From IMG/VR virus record IMGVR_UViG_3300028833_000055, positions 32,001 to 96,000 of that record: a stretch of 64,000 nucleotides of DNA. One strand, written 5' to 3'. This document shows positions 27,001 to 36,638 of the stretch, one piece after another. Under the pieces are notes generated by a model. It was given only the letters and a program-made list of their open reading frames with translations. It did no database searches and was not told the origin of the DNA. Every line of letters starts with the position of its first letter. Position 1 is the first letter of the stretch. A program made the position numbers and the translations under genes. Source of the DNA: a virus. Taxonomy: Duplodnaviria > Heunggongvirae > Uroviricota > Caudoviricetes.

Positions 27001-29037
27001 TTATTTATCTCTTGTTGCATCAATCTTCATATTTCCGAGAATTTTTTCTCTCCATCTTTTTTGTCCAAAGAACAAATATTCCCTGATATTTTTAATGATA
27101 CCCCAATTCATCAATCCATATATCTCGTATTCGGTATTATAGTTACCCTCTATAACATCATCAATCATATTCAAAACTTCTTCTAGATTATAATCTGGAA
27201 TTGAAGATTCTGTTGGTAAAAGTTTTAAATCATTTGGTATACTTTCATCGTTCATATCACTAACGATTTTTCTTCTTAACCAATACCAGACAACTTTTCT
27301 TGTAGGACTGATGTCTATTGGTTCCATTCTCCTTTGTAAAGCACCCCAGTGGTCTTTTGCAGTTTTTATAAATGTTGTTAATGTCTGATTAGATATATAT
27401 ACGATAATACCATTAAAATAGAATCCGTCCGGTATCAAGACTTTTGCATTTTCTTCTTCAAATTTTTCAAAGTCTCTTAATGCAGTTTCTTTGACACTCT
27501 CGTCACTTATCATCGCTTCCCATTCTGGAGATGTTCTTGAAAGTTTTTCTTTTTTTCTATAATAATCACGAATTTCACTCTCTTTCTTTTTTAACCATCT
27601 TTCCTTTTCATATGGTGTAAATTTACCAACTTCTCTGAAATATGATTCTTGTCTTGTTACATCGGCCTTCTGTGCGGCATAATATATATCACTTTTTCCT
27701 CTAACTTCACCATCGGGTGATACAATCCAGCGTTTCTTTTCTTCTGCCTCCATTGCACCTTTCCACAAAGAAATTTTCGATTCTGTATTGAACATTTCTG
27801 GTGTATCATCATAAATCAGCAACATATTATTATTTTCGTACAATTCTTTATAGACCTCTCTTGCACTTGTAGTTGCATTACCCATCCTCTTATAATGAAC
27901 ACCGTTAATAAGACCCGTATCTACTATTGCCTTATCCAATGAATAAGATTTACCTATACCAGCGACACCTGTGATAAGTAAACCCCTATGTGTACCAATT
28001 TCTCTTCTAATCGAAATATCCCTACCACCACTCTTAATATATTTACAAATCGCTTCCGATGCATCATAAACAGAGTCCATTTTTTCTTGTAATTCATCAA
28101 CTCTTTTTTCCACAATGCCTTTGGCTTCTTTGACGACGTGTCCTCGTCCAGCTATAACTTCAACCGCTATTTCACCAGATGCACCAGCACCCCAGAACCA
28201 AAGGTTAGGTAATTTTGATGCGATTGCCGCTGGCGCATCACCAACATTACCACATATAACAAAATGTATAAAGACAACAAATCTCATTGCCGATACATAG
28301 TCGATTGTTCCATCGTGTTTTTTACCAATAACCGCTCTTACCGTTTCAAGATATTCATCATCCTCTTCCAAATCTTGAATCTTTAAAACGATTTCATTAT
28401 CCGTTTTATCATTATAATTTTTAATAAATTCTTCCATAAGGTCTTGGTTGAACTTATCGACAGAAGCAGAATCATCATAAAGATTTTTATAAATCTTTTG
28501 CCAAGCTATTGCTTTATATGGTACGGGTGCCGTAACCTCTTCATTTAAACCAGCATTCGTATTATCAAGAGTTAAAATGGAAATCAATGTACTCACAGCT
28601 TTTGTTATTCCGAACTTACTTGTTGAAACGGAAAATTCAGACTTTAAGTCTGGAAAATCTGCTGGATTTTTTGTAAAAAATGTAATAACTTTATTGATAC
28701 CTTCTTTATATATAGCAAAATATTTAGTACCGCTTTCAGAAGAAATCAACGAACAGTCTTTACCGTCAATTTTGAAAACAAAAGGAGAAACCAAAAAATT
28801 ATCATTTATATTTTTTCTTAAATTATTAAGTACAAGAAGTGTCATTTTTGAAAGAATTTTGTTATCATAAACCATTTCCAAATCTGGTTCACCATAAGTT
28901 TCCAATTCTTTCTGTTCCACTGAATCAAGAACAACATCGTTTCCAAAACTTTCGTTGCTCTCCATAATTCTGGAAGTTCCTCTATTCAAAAAACTGTTAA
29001 AACTTTCAATCATATTTTTATGTTTTATTTTATACAT
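27001..29037 (-). CDS. P-loop/AAA ATPase domain protein (likely start MIESF at 29013)
   Basis: LLITGVAGIGKS, LLIYDD, IVYISN, ALQRR. Confidence 0.75.
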   Translation of the reverse strand: MYKIKHKNMIESFNSFLNRGTSRIMESNESFGNDVVLDSVEQKELETYGEPDLEMVYDNKILSKMTLLVLNNLRKNINDNFLVSPFVFKIDGKDCSLISSESGTKYFAIYKEGINKVITFFTKNPADFPDLKSEFSVSTSKFGITKAVSTLISILTLDNTNAGLNEEVTAPVPYKAIAWQKIYKNLYDDSASVDKFNQDLMEEFIKNYNDKTDNEIVLKIQDLEEDDEYLETVRAVIGKKHDGTIDYVSAMRFVVFIHFVICGNVGDAPAAIASKLPNLWFWGAGASGEIAVEVIAGRGHVVKEAKGIVEKRVDELQEKMDSVYDASEAICKYIKSGGRDISIRREIGTHRGLLITGVAGIGKSYSLDKAIVDTGLINGVHYKRMGNATTSAREVYKELYENNNMLLIYDDTPEMFNTESKISLWKGAMEAEEKKRWIVSPDGEVRGKSDIYYAAQKADVTRQESYFREVGKFTPYEKERWLKKKESEIRDYYRKKEKLSRTSPEWEAMISDESVKETALRDFEKFEEENAKVLIPDGFYFNGIIVYISNQTLTTFIKTAKDHWGALQRRMEPIDISPTRKVVWYWLRRKIVSDMNDESIPNDLKLLPTESSIPDYNLEEVLNMIDDVIEGNYNTEYEIYGLMNWGIIKNIREYLFFGQKRWREKILGNMKIDATRDK

Positions 29038-29040
29038 AAT

Positions 29041-29048
29041 TATTTATG
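29041..29048 (-). promoter_or_regulatory. CATAAATA late promoter
   Basis: Heads the ATPase cassette. Confidence 0.6.
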
Positions 29049-29057
29049 AAAACACTT

Positions 29058-30704
29058 TCAGCATTTATTCAAATGACTGAAAGTGTCTTTCTTCGTGGTT
29101 TCAAAAACATTGTCAAACATAATATTCTCCAATCTAGCGTGATGTATGAGGAATATGTTGAGTTTTAACTCTTCGCCCAGTTCCTTCAACAGTTGGAGCA
29201 TATCCGACACACCGTCTATGTCTATGTTACTGAAAAGTTCGTCTATGAAAAGCAGGTTTAATTCACCATATTGTAATTTCAATAGTTTCACAAAACTTAT
29301 TATGGTGGCGAAATCGACCCTTTTCTTCTCACCCATACTCAAAGTGTTGTATCCGACCTTCATACCGTTCTGCATAATCGTAGTGTTGAAACTATTGTCG
29401 AACACAACGGAATATGGGAGATTCATAAATTCTATCGTTGATGCTATTATACTATTAAGGTCTTTTATATAGGATTTTGCTATCCTCTGTTTTATTCCGT
29501 TTTCGTCACCGAGAAGTTTAAGGAGTATGGCGTATTCCGTCCTTTTCTCTGTAAGGGTGTTCTGTTCATCCGTAAGCTTTATTATGTCCTTTTCAATTTG
29601 TTCCTTTGTTCTCAAAAGGGGGTCTATCTTCTCCCCGTTTATCATCATCTTACTTTTGAGGTCGGACTTCAGTTCCAGTATTTCAGACCTTTTACTATTG
29701 TTCTTAAACTTCAATATATTGCTGTCAAGGAGTTTTATCTTCTTAACGGTATCCTCTATTATAGTGTTCACCTTCCAGATTGTGTCTTCACATTCACCCC
29801 TCTCTTCAACGAGGTTCTGTCTTTCCTTTACAAATTCCTCCGTTTCAAGGGAACTTCCACAAGTGGGACATCTTCCGGAATCAATAAGGGCTATCTTTTC
29901 GTCTATCTCTGAAATCCGTTTTCTGGCACTTTTTATGTCACCGTTGTTCTCGATGGCGTTTTTCTTCATCTCATCGAGTTTGGTCTGGAGTTTCTCGATA
30001 TTTTTATCGTTAATCCTCTCACTCTCCTCGTTCTCGTTTATCTTTCTTGAAAGTTCATCAAGTTCATCCTGTGTCACGGAGTTGTTCTTCAACTCTTCAA
30101 TCTGTTGTAGAATCCTCTCCTTTGAACTACTGTTTGTCTTCAACGAACCTGATTTCTCGGAAATCTCACCGTCGAGGTATTTGACATCCTCCTTCACCAT
30201 CTTCAACATATCGTTGAAAATGGTGAACCCGAAAATACGGTCTATAATGTTCCTCTTGTCCGCTGCACTCAGATTGACAAGAGACTTGAAATCGTTTATC
30301 GAAAGGACGATTATGTTCTTGAATACGGAATAGGGGATACGGAAATAGTTCTCCTCCAACATAGACTGGACATTGTTCTTTCCGGCTGTGTCTATTTCAT
30401 TTCCGTCTATCGTAACCTTGAACATCGACGGTGCAAGACCACGCTCTATTATTACTTCGTGTCCGTCACAGTCAAGTTCAAGTTTACCATAGAAGTTCTT
30501 GTTTGTCCTGTTGGGGATTTCAGATGAAGTGAACCCTTCAATCTTACCGTACATCAGATATGTTATACATTCTGAAATACTGGTCTTTCCGGTTCCGTTT
30601 GAACCCACTATCAAGTTCAGGCACGCTTCATCTGAAAAGTCAAGTTCTGTCATCGCATTGGAATACGACTTGAAATTTTTCCAGCACAGTTTCTTTAATT
30701 TCAT
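29058..30704 (-). CDS. recombination nuclease ATPase subunit (T4 gp46/SbcC/Rad50-like)
   Basis: KNFKSY, GSNGTGKT, CPTCG zinc hook, LSMGEKKR signature, LLFIDELFSNID. Confidence 0.92.
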   Translation of the reverse strand: MKLKKLCWKNFKSYSNAMTELDFSDEACLNLIVGSNGTGKTSISECITYLMYGKIEGFTSSEIPNRTNKNFYGKLELDCDGHEVIIERGLAPSMFKVTIDGNEIDTAGKNNVQSMLEENYFRIPYSVFKNIIVLSINDFKSLVNLSAADKRNIIDRIFGFTIFNDMLKMVKEDVKYLDGEISEKSGSLKTNSSSKERILQQIEELKNNSVTQDELDELSRKINENEESERINDKNIEKLQTKLDEMKKNAIENNGDIKSARKRISEIDEKIALIDSGRCPTCGSSLETEEFVKERQNLVEERGECEDTIWKVNTIIEDTVKKIKLLDSNILKFKNNSKRSEILELKSDLKSKMMINGEKIDPLLRTKEQIEKDIIKLTDEQNTLTEKRTEYAILLKLLGDENGIKQRIAKSYIKDLNSIIASTIEFMNLPYSVVFDNSFNTTIMQNGMKVGYNTLSMGEKKRVDFATIISFVKLLKLQYGELNLLFIDELFSNIDIDGVSDMLQLLKELGEELKLNIFLIHHARLENIMFDNVFETTKKDTFSHLNKC

Positions 30705-31087
30705 AACACAATTCCCTCTTCTGATGTAATGAATGAAATCTTATCACCCATTATACTAGAATAATATTCATAAGTTTTAAGTTCCTCCTCATTCATACCA
30801 GGTGTAACAATAAACACCCTGTCTATATTGACGAGTGAAGTTATGACAATCTGCTCGTATACATCAAGAAGATTTTCGTCAATATCACCCGTAAGGAACT
30901 GAAGGACACATCCGTCATACACAACATTGTTCCTCTTGTTCTGTCCATATGTCTCCTTCGCCATATCGACTATGCCGTGTACTTCACCTATTTTCGGTTT
31001 CACCGCTTCCGTTTTAAGAAACCTGTTCAACCTCCTGATGACTCTTTCAACCACCTCTCTGTCCTTGCCAAATACTGCTACCTTCAT
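30701..31087 (-). CDS. hypothetical protein
   Basis: 128-aa ORF overlapping the gp46 start. Confidence 0.65.
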   Translation of the reverse strand: MKVAVFGKDREVVERVIRRLNRFLKTEAVKPKIGEVHGIVDMAKETYGQNKRNNVVYDGCVLQFLTGDIDENLLDVYEQIVITSLVNIDRVFIVTPGMNEEELKTYEYYSSIMGDKISFITSEEGIVL

Positions 31088-31103
31088 AATCTTATTCCTT
31101 AAA

Positions 31104-33056
31104 TTACCTTAATGTTATTTTATCGTTTTCAATTACCGCTTCAAGGATATCCTCCTTCTTTCCAAGTATCTTGGATTCATTGACCACAAGGTTGGCGACC
31201 TCTTCCTCTATCTCCTGTTCAAGAAGTCTTATAATCGGTCTTGCACCATTGTGTTCCTCCTCCACCTTGTTTAATATCCAGTTTTCCACTTCGTCACTCA
31301 ATACAATATCCTTGTGGATTATATTTCTGATATTGACGTTCATTTCCTTCATTTCCTTCTGTAAGATTTTCTTCAAAACATCACGACCTAGATTATTGAA
31401 ATAACATACGGAGTCAAGTCTGTTCAAAAATTCCGGAGAGAACCTCTTGGCGAGAGCCTTCCTCATAATACTCTCCTCCTTCTTGTTCTTCAATTCCTCG
31501 TAATTTTCGGTGAAACCCATAGGATTGGAGAGTTCCTTCGCCGACTTTACTCCGATATTCGATGTAAAGATTATGAGAGCCTTGCTTCCATCCACCTTCA
31601 CGCCATCGGAACCGGTTATACTACCTTCATCGAGAAGCTGTAACAAGACATCGTAAATCTTCGGATGTGCCTTTTCAATCTCATCGAAAAGACATACACA
31701 TTCGGGTTTTTTGGACAGACCCTTGACAAGAAGACCACTCTCCTTGTATCCGACATAACCGGGGGCGGAGCCGAGAAGTTTAGAAACATCGACTTCCGAC
31801 TGAAATTCGGACATATCGAACCTTATTATATTCTCTTCACTGCCAAAAAGGTTCTTGGCGAGAGACTTTGCAAAGGCCGTCTTTCCGACACCGGTAGAGC
31901 CTATGAACATATAGTTGCCGGCCGAATGTGCCTTCTTTCTCAATCCGAGACGGTTTCTCCTTATGTTCTTCACAATCTTGTCGATAGTTTCATCCTGTCC
32001 TATGATATCCTTCCTTATTTCATCCGGAAGGTTTCTCAAAAATTCGGTCTTGTCTTTCGAAAGTTTTGTCATAGGAACATTTACTATGAATCCTATCGCT
32101 TCAAGAACATCATTTTCCGTAACCTTGACTTTCCTTTTGTTCCTGTTCAACTGCTTTATTTTATCTTCTATAACTTCCGATTGATTATTAAGTTCCTTAA
32201 ACTTGTGATAATCACCTTTTTGAGCATAAACACTCATTTCATTCCTCAATTTGGAGTTTTCCATTGCCAGTTCTTCCGCCTTTCTGCTCCCCGCTCTTTT
32301 GTTACGGTACAGATATGAACAAACCTCTTCGAGAAGGTCTTCCCCTTTCTTCGGGAACGGGAATCTCTTTATGTACTTGTCTGCGTTTTCACACACCATT
32401 TCACAGACTCCTTCCGGAAATATTATCTTGTACTCGTCTTCGAAATACGGGATTAAATCCGTGAGGATTTCACAAGTCTGCTCTTTATTGAGTTCAACTG
32501 GTCTTATTATGGTGAAATAGTCGAGAACTTTCTTGAAATGCTTGTCAAGTTCGTTGTACTCGTCGTTAGTGGCCGTTGAAATAACCCTCAAACCTTCATA
32601 TTCTATGTGTTTCAAGAACTCGTTCAAGAAAATATACCCTCCGTTTTCAAAACAGTTGGTGTTTATCACGTGTCCGAGATTTTCCACGAATATTATATTG
32701 TCCCATCTCTCGTCCGTCTGAACATACCTGAACACTTCCTTCAAACCCTCAACATAGTCCTTCTTGCTGTTGACATAGTTCATAATGGTCGTGAAGTCAA
32801 AATGTATCACCCTGAAAGACGGATTTTTCTCAACGAAAGCCTCGATTATGCTTCTTTTTCCACAACCGTAGTCACCCACGAGAAGCACGGACTTGTTGTT
32901 GCACTTGTCCATTATGTTACGGATTCTCTCTATTTCATTGTCCCTGAATTTCACTTCAAAATCCGACCTCTGGACAATATCACCTATATAAAGTTCAATC
33001 TTTTGATTTTCACCTTCTTTTGAATTCGGTTTTATTTCCCTATAAATTTCACCCAT
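31104..33056 (-). CDS. Clp/Hsp100 ATPase (ClpC-like) lacking the N-domain
   Basis: IIGQDE, GSTGVGKT, RFDMSEF, GSAPGYVGY, LFDEIEKAH, PEFLNRLD, GARP; degenerate first NBD. Confidence 0.9.
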   Translation of the reverse strand: MGEIYREIKPNSKEGENQKIELYIGDIVQRSDFEVKFRDNEIERIRNIMDKCNNKSVLLVGDYGCGKRSIIEAFVEKNPSFRVIHFDFTTIMNYVNSKKDYVEGLKEVFRYVQTDERWDNIIFVENLGHVINTNCFENGGYIFLNEFLKHIEYEGLRVISTATNDEYNELDKHFKKVLDYFTIIRPVELNKEQTCEILTDLIPYFEDEYKIIFPEGVCEMVCENADKYIKRFPFPKKGEDLLEEVCSYLYRNKRAGSRKAEELAMENSKLRNEMSVYAQKGDYHKFKELNNQSEVIEDKIKQLNRNKRKVKVTENDVLEAIGFIVNVPMTKLSKDKTEFLRNLPDEIRKDIIGQDETIDKIVKNIRRNRLGLRKKAHSAGNYMFIGSTGVGKTAFAKSLAKNLFGSEENIIRFDMSEFQSEVDVSKLLGSAPGYVGYKESGLLVKGLSKKPECVCLFDEIEKAHPKIYDVLLQLLDEGSITGSDGVKVDGSKALIIFTSNIGVKSAKELSNPMGFTENYEELKNKKEESIMRKALAKRFSPEFLNRLDSVCYFNNLGRDVLKKILQKEMKEMNVNIRNIIHKDIVLSDEVENWILNKVEEEHNGARPIIRLLEQEIEEEVANLVVNESKILGKKEDILEAVIENDKITLR

Positions 33057-33078
33057 CTTGAATATTTAAGATTAAAAA

Positions 33079-34044
33079 TTACTTCTGAATTTCCTGCTGA
33101 AGTTCGTATATGTTGGCGAGAAGCACAATGACCGGGTCTATGCACTGCTTCAAGTTCATCTGATACTTTGCGTTAAGTATGGCGATGACAGGTATCCTTC
33201 CGACCACATTCGGTCTGTTTTTCAAGATATACTGTACAAACGGATTACCAAGAGCCGATATGGCGTCATCCACACAGTTGGAATAGTTCTTCATAACGAA
33301 CTTGTAGTTTTCAACGGGGTTGTCCTTTGTAAGTACCATATCGTAGAGTTCTGCATATTCACTTACATTATCCTTTACATCATCAACGTCAATGGTCTCC
33401 TTACCTTCCAGCTTGTATCTCTGCAAATGGTTGACTATCGAGCGGAAATCCGGAAAATATGTCTGAACCATCTTCAATGCGGCCTCCTTTGTGATTTTGA
33501 GACCTTCCTTCGAGCATATTTCACACACTCTCTTGAACTGTCCGATTTTTATCTCCTTCATCTCCTCGTTGGTGAAATTGAAGTCGATAACTTGGAAACG
33601 AGACTGTATGGGGTCCGGAATCTTTTCGAGATAGTTACAAGTACCGATAAAACGAGTGTTCTTCGCACATTTCTCCATAGTGGCACGGAGGGCGTTGTAC
33701 GCCTGCTGGCTCATACCGTCCATCTCATCCATAATGACAACCTTTATGGGATTGTCGTAATGGATTACTGAAGTGTTCATAGCGAAGTCCATAATCGTAT
33801 CCCTGATGGTATCGACACCGGTTGTCTCCGACATATTAAGATAAAGGGTGTTGTGTTTGAACTCCTTTGTAATCGCCTTTGCCGCCGATGTTTTTCCGAT
33901 ACCCGCCGTACCGTGAAGAAGGATTGACTGAACCACTCCGTTTTTCAACATTTCACTCACCCGCTTCGGAACAATGAGTTCCTTTATGCAAGTTGGTCTG
34001 TACTTCTCTGTCCAGAGAATCGTATCAATATTGTTTACTGACAT
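33079..34044 (-). CDS. clamp loader ATPase subunit (T4 gp44/RFC small)
   Basis: LWTEKYRP, GTAGIGKT, IMDEMD, IQSRF. Confidence 0.93.
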   Translation of the reverse strand: MSVNNIDTILWTEKYRPTCIKELIVPKRVSEMLKNGVVQSILLHGTAGIGKTSAAKAITKEFKHNTLYLNMSETTGVDTIRDTIMDFAMNTSVIHYDNPIKVVIMDEMDGMSQQAYNALRATMEKCAKNTRFIGTCNYLEKIPDPIQSRFQVIDFNFTNEEMKEIKIGQFKRVCEICSKEGLKITKEAALKMVQTYFPDFRSIVNHLQRYKLEGKETIDVDDVKDNVSEYAELYDMVLTKDNPVENYKFVMKNYSNCVDDAISALGNPFVQYILKNRPNVVGRIPVIAILNAKYQMNLKQCIDPVIVLLANIYELQQEIQK

Positions 34045-34071
34045 ATATTATAATTTTTAAATCTTATAATC

Positions 34072-34085
34072 TAAATATAACAAAA
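34072..34085 (-). promoter_or_regulatory. TTTTGTTATATTTA motif (putative middle promoter)
   Basis: Exact 14-mer upstream of the clamp loader. Confidence 0.6.
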
Positions 34086-34129
34086 CAAAATCCCCATAAA
34101 TACAATATGATAAAAAAGATTATGATTTT

Positions 34130-34160
34130 AAAAAGGGTGTCCGTCAAGACACCCTTTTTT
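34130..34160. terminator. intrinsic terminator
   Basis: AAAAAGGGTGTC-loop-GACACCCTTTTTT. Confidence 0.75.
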
Positions 34161-34617
34161 AACATTTTATCATTTCCTTGAAAAAACTGCTCATAACATC
34201 CACGACAATCGAATTTCCAGCGAGTTTCAACATCTGTGCATCCGACAGACCCGTTTCCTTTATCCGGTCGGCTTCATCCCTTTCAAGCCCCATAAGGAGA
34301 AGACCTTCATAACCACTTAACTCCCTGACCTTGTATTCACCCTCGTCCGTTATCAGAATTTTAGGTGCCATACATAATGTGAGTGTAGTACAACACCCCT
34401 TGGCAGAATACACCCTTCCGTCCTGAGGATTTCGAAAATTCTTCCTGTTGATTCTCAAATTTCCGAGTTGAATAAGATGTGGGGTTTTGTCGATTTCAAC
34501 ATCATCAGTCTTTTCACCAAAAAGATTTTCATCCGCCATTATTTCCTCGTCTAACTGTTTGACGAGAGTGTTGACGTGTTTACTTTGTTTTCCCTTCTTT
34601 ATTTTACTTACATCCAT
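34159..34617 (-). CDS. C5-cytosine methyltransferase, C-terminal subunit (TRD, motifs IX-X)
   Basis: TTLT, VRELSGYEGLLLMG (IX), KLAGNSIVV (X). Confidence 0.8.
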   Translation of the reverse strand: MDVSKIKKGKQSKHVNTLVKQLDEEIMADENLFGEKTDDVEIDKTPHLIQLGNLRINRKNFRNPQDGRVYSAKGCCTTLTLCMAPKILITDEGEYKVRELSGYEGLLLMGLERDEADRIKETGLSDAQMLKLAGNSIVVDVMSSFFKEMIKC

Positions 34618-34626
34618 ATCAAATTT

Positions 34627-34821
34627 TTAATTTCCGTTATGAAAATAGACACTCATTCTCCAACGCAAGAAACCGAATATGATTTCAGAACCGAAACCCC
34701 GTTCAAGATTCTTTTTACGGAAAGATATACACGGAAGAATAAGATAGTCTGCGTTTTTGAAAAAAATCAAATGAAAAGGCATCCGTTTCGGACAACCTTT
34801 TGTTAAAAATACTTCCTTCAT
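34627..34821 (-). CDS. small hypothetical protein between the methyltransferase halves
   Basis: 64-aa ORF with 9-nt gaps either side. Confidence 0.45.
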   Translation of the reverse strand: MKEVFLTKGCPKRMPFHLIFFKNADYLILPCISFRKKNLERGFGSEIIFGFLRWRMSVYFHNGN

Positions 34822-34830
34822 AATAATCTG

Positions 34831-35550
34831 TTATTTTTGTTCCACTGCGAATTTAAGAAAATGTTTGTTGTAATGAATATAATTGTCAACGATTTCCTTA
34901 TTGACACACAATTTATTGTACAAGTCTTCACCAAGTTCCTCCTTTGTAAGCATATAGTCCTCCATCGAAGTCTTTACGCCGGTCGGTTTCGGGAACTCGA
35001 ACTCGTTCTCCGGATTCATAATGGAAACCATATAAACCCTCCTTCTGTCTTGTGGAATACCATATTCAAGACCACATAGAACTTTCCAGTAAGATGTATA
35101 TCCTATCGAATCAAGGAAATTTACCCACTTCATAAAAGTTGGTATAAAGTTCCTTGAAACCAACATCTTCACATTCTCCAACATCAGATATTTCGGTTTC
35201 TTGATTTCAATCGCTTTCTTGCATTCCCACAAGAGAGAGGATTGTGTTCCCGAACCTTCCTCACCGCCCAACATCCTGCCGGCAATACTGAACGAAGTGC
35301 AAGGCGAACTGTAAGTAAAGAAATCAAAATCAGGTACTTGTGTCCAGTCAATCTTGCAGATGTCTCCGTAGTTTCTGTCCTTGTATTCGGGAAACAAGGC
35401 ATCGTGTGCTATAATGGCTCTCTTTTCTATCTCACTCCATCCGACCAAATCAAATGGTATCCCCGCCTTCCGTAAAGCGAGACACTGACTGTCGTAACCG
35501 GAAAATGTAGTAAACACCCTCAAAGGGTTTTCTTCAGTGTATTTCATCAT
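34831..35550 (-). CDS. C5-cytosine methyltransferase, N-terminal subunit (motifs I-VIII)
   Basis: FSGYDS, SSPCTSFS, MLENV, PQDRRRVY; lacks motifs IX-X. Confidence 0.88.
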   Translation of the reverse strand: MMKYTEENPLRVFTTFSGYDSQCLALRKAGIPFDLVGWSEIEKRAIIAHDALFPEYKDRNYGDICKIDWTQVPDFDFFTYSSPCTSFSIAGRMLGGEEGSGTQSSLLWECKKAIEIKKPKYLMLENVKMLVSRNFIPTFMKWVNFLDSIGYTSYWKVLCGLEYGIPQDRRRVYMVSIMNPENEFEFPKPTGVKTSMEDYMLTKEELGEDLYNKLCVNKEIVDNYIHYNKHFLKFAVEQK

Positions 35551-35570
35551 ATAATTACAATCTTATACAC

Positions 35571-35584
35571 TAAATATAACAAAA
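35571..35584 (-). promoter_or_regulatory. TTTTGTTATATTTA motif (putative middle promoter)
   Basis: Exact 14-mer. Confidence 0.6.
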
Positions 35585-35593
35585 TAAGAAGTT

Positions 35594-35863
35594 CTACTCC
35601 TCTATTTTTTCACCGAATTTAATTATGTATGCATCCATATTGTAATTCACAAGTCTCCCTTTTTTTATCCACTCGAACTTATATCTCACCGGTTTTATAT
35701 TACTCTTGAATCTGTGGTAAAATTCAACTATGTCATATTCCTTGTCTTCAAGGCGTTTTGTCCAATATGGTTTTATTTCACGATAATCGTGTGTAAGTTG
35801 TCCGGAAACAATCAGATTGTACCAGTATTCGTTCACCGGAAGTCTCAAAATTCTCATATTCAA
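35594..35863 (-). CDS. ASCH/PUA-like domain protein
   Basis: L.V...WY..I.SG....YREIKPYWTKRL pattern. Confidence 0.7.
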   Translation of the reverse strand: MNMRILRLPVNEYWYNLIVSGQLTHDYREIKPYWTKRLEDKEYDIVEFYHRFKSNIKPVRYKFEWIKKGRLVNYNMDAYIIKFGEKIEE

Positions 35864-35877
35864 TTTGTATTATATGA

Positions 35878-35894
35878 TATTTATGACATAAATA
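35878..35894. promoter_or_regulatory. palindromic back-to-back late promoters TATTTATG-A-CATAAATA
   Basis: Perfect 8-bp inverted repeat with a 1-nt spacer between divergent genes. Confidence 0.65.
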
Positions 35895-35913
35895 AGATAT
35901 AGTAATACACTTT

Positions 35914-36624
35914 ATGGGAATATTAAAGAATTTAACGGACGAGTATTTCAAGAACACCGCCAGGGTCGAAGACGGAAGATACATAGACTTCTACGGTATT
36001 AGGATACTAGTACCGGCGGATTATGATACCTATGATTTTTTGAAAAAGGTCGAGAGCATATATACCGAGTCATTCAAGCACGGTATGGTGAGTTTGCCAG
36101 ATGATGACACCGACCAGACAAAATTTAAAATCAAACTCAAATCAAAAAACAAGTATATGCTCATACCGGTTTTCGAAAAATTCAAGGAAATTTCCCAAGA
36201 AAATGAAGATGTCGACCAGAAACTGTATGATACATATGTTCTGGTTATGAGACATTTCCTCAAAGATGTGGAATTGATGAAAAATACGAACTGGCCGTGC
36301 ATAGTGCTTCAAAACATAGACTTCATATACGACGAACTGTCAGACAACGGAGAGATAGACAACGGTTATGAATTAGAAGATATTATGCAAAAAACAATAA
36401 ATGAATTTTTCAATGAGTTCAAGAAGAAAGCGGACATAATAAAGGATGAATTTCATATCACAATAACACACAGTTATAAATGTATCACCTTTATGGACCT
36501 GACCAACGAGTCAAGTTATTTTGAGTTCAAGACACTTATATATGCAAATGAGATGGTTGAGTGGTGGAAAAACAAGACCGATGAAATAAGAAAGAAAGGT
36601 GTTCTTAACTATTTTGGATTATAA
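35914..36624 (+). CDS. hypothetical protein with MGILKNLT leader (paralog of 37363)
   Basis: Shared leader; KLYD..., YA.EM.EWW...GV..YFG shared with 37363. Confidence 0.8.
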   Translation: MGILKNLTDEYFKNTARVEDGRYIDFYGIRILVPADYDTYDFLKKVESIYTESFKHGMVSLPDDDTDQTKFKIKLKSKNKYMLIPVFEKFKEISQENEDVDQKLYDTYVLVMRHFLKDVELMKNTNWPCIVLQNIDFIYDELSDNGEIDNGYELEDIMQKTINEFFNEFKKKADIIKDEFHITITHSYKCITFMDLTNESSYFEFKTLIYANEMVEWWKNKTDEIRKKGVLNYFGL

Positions 36625-36638
36625 TTAAATGATGAATT

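Noticed and set aside
20159-29037. Integrative or transposable element for the AT-rich block
   Set aside because: No integrase, transposase or terminal repeats seen, and it uses the phage's own promoter motifs.
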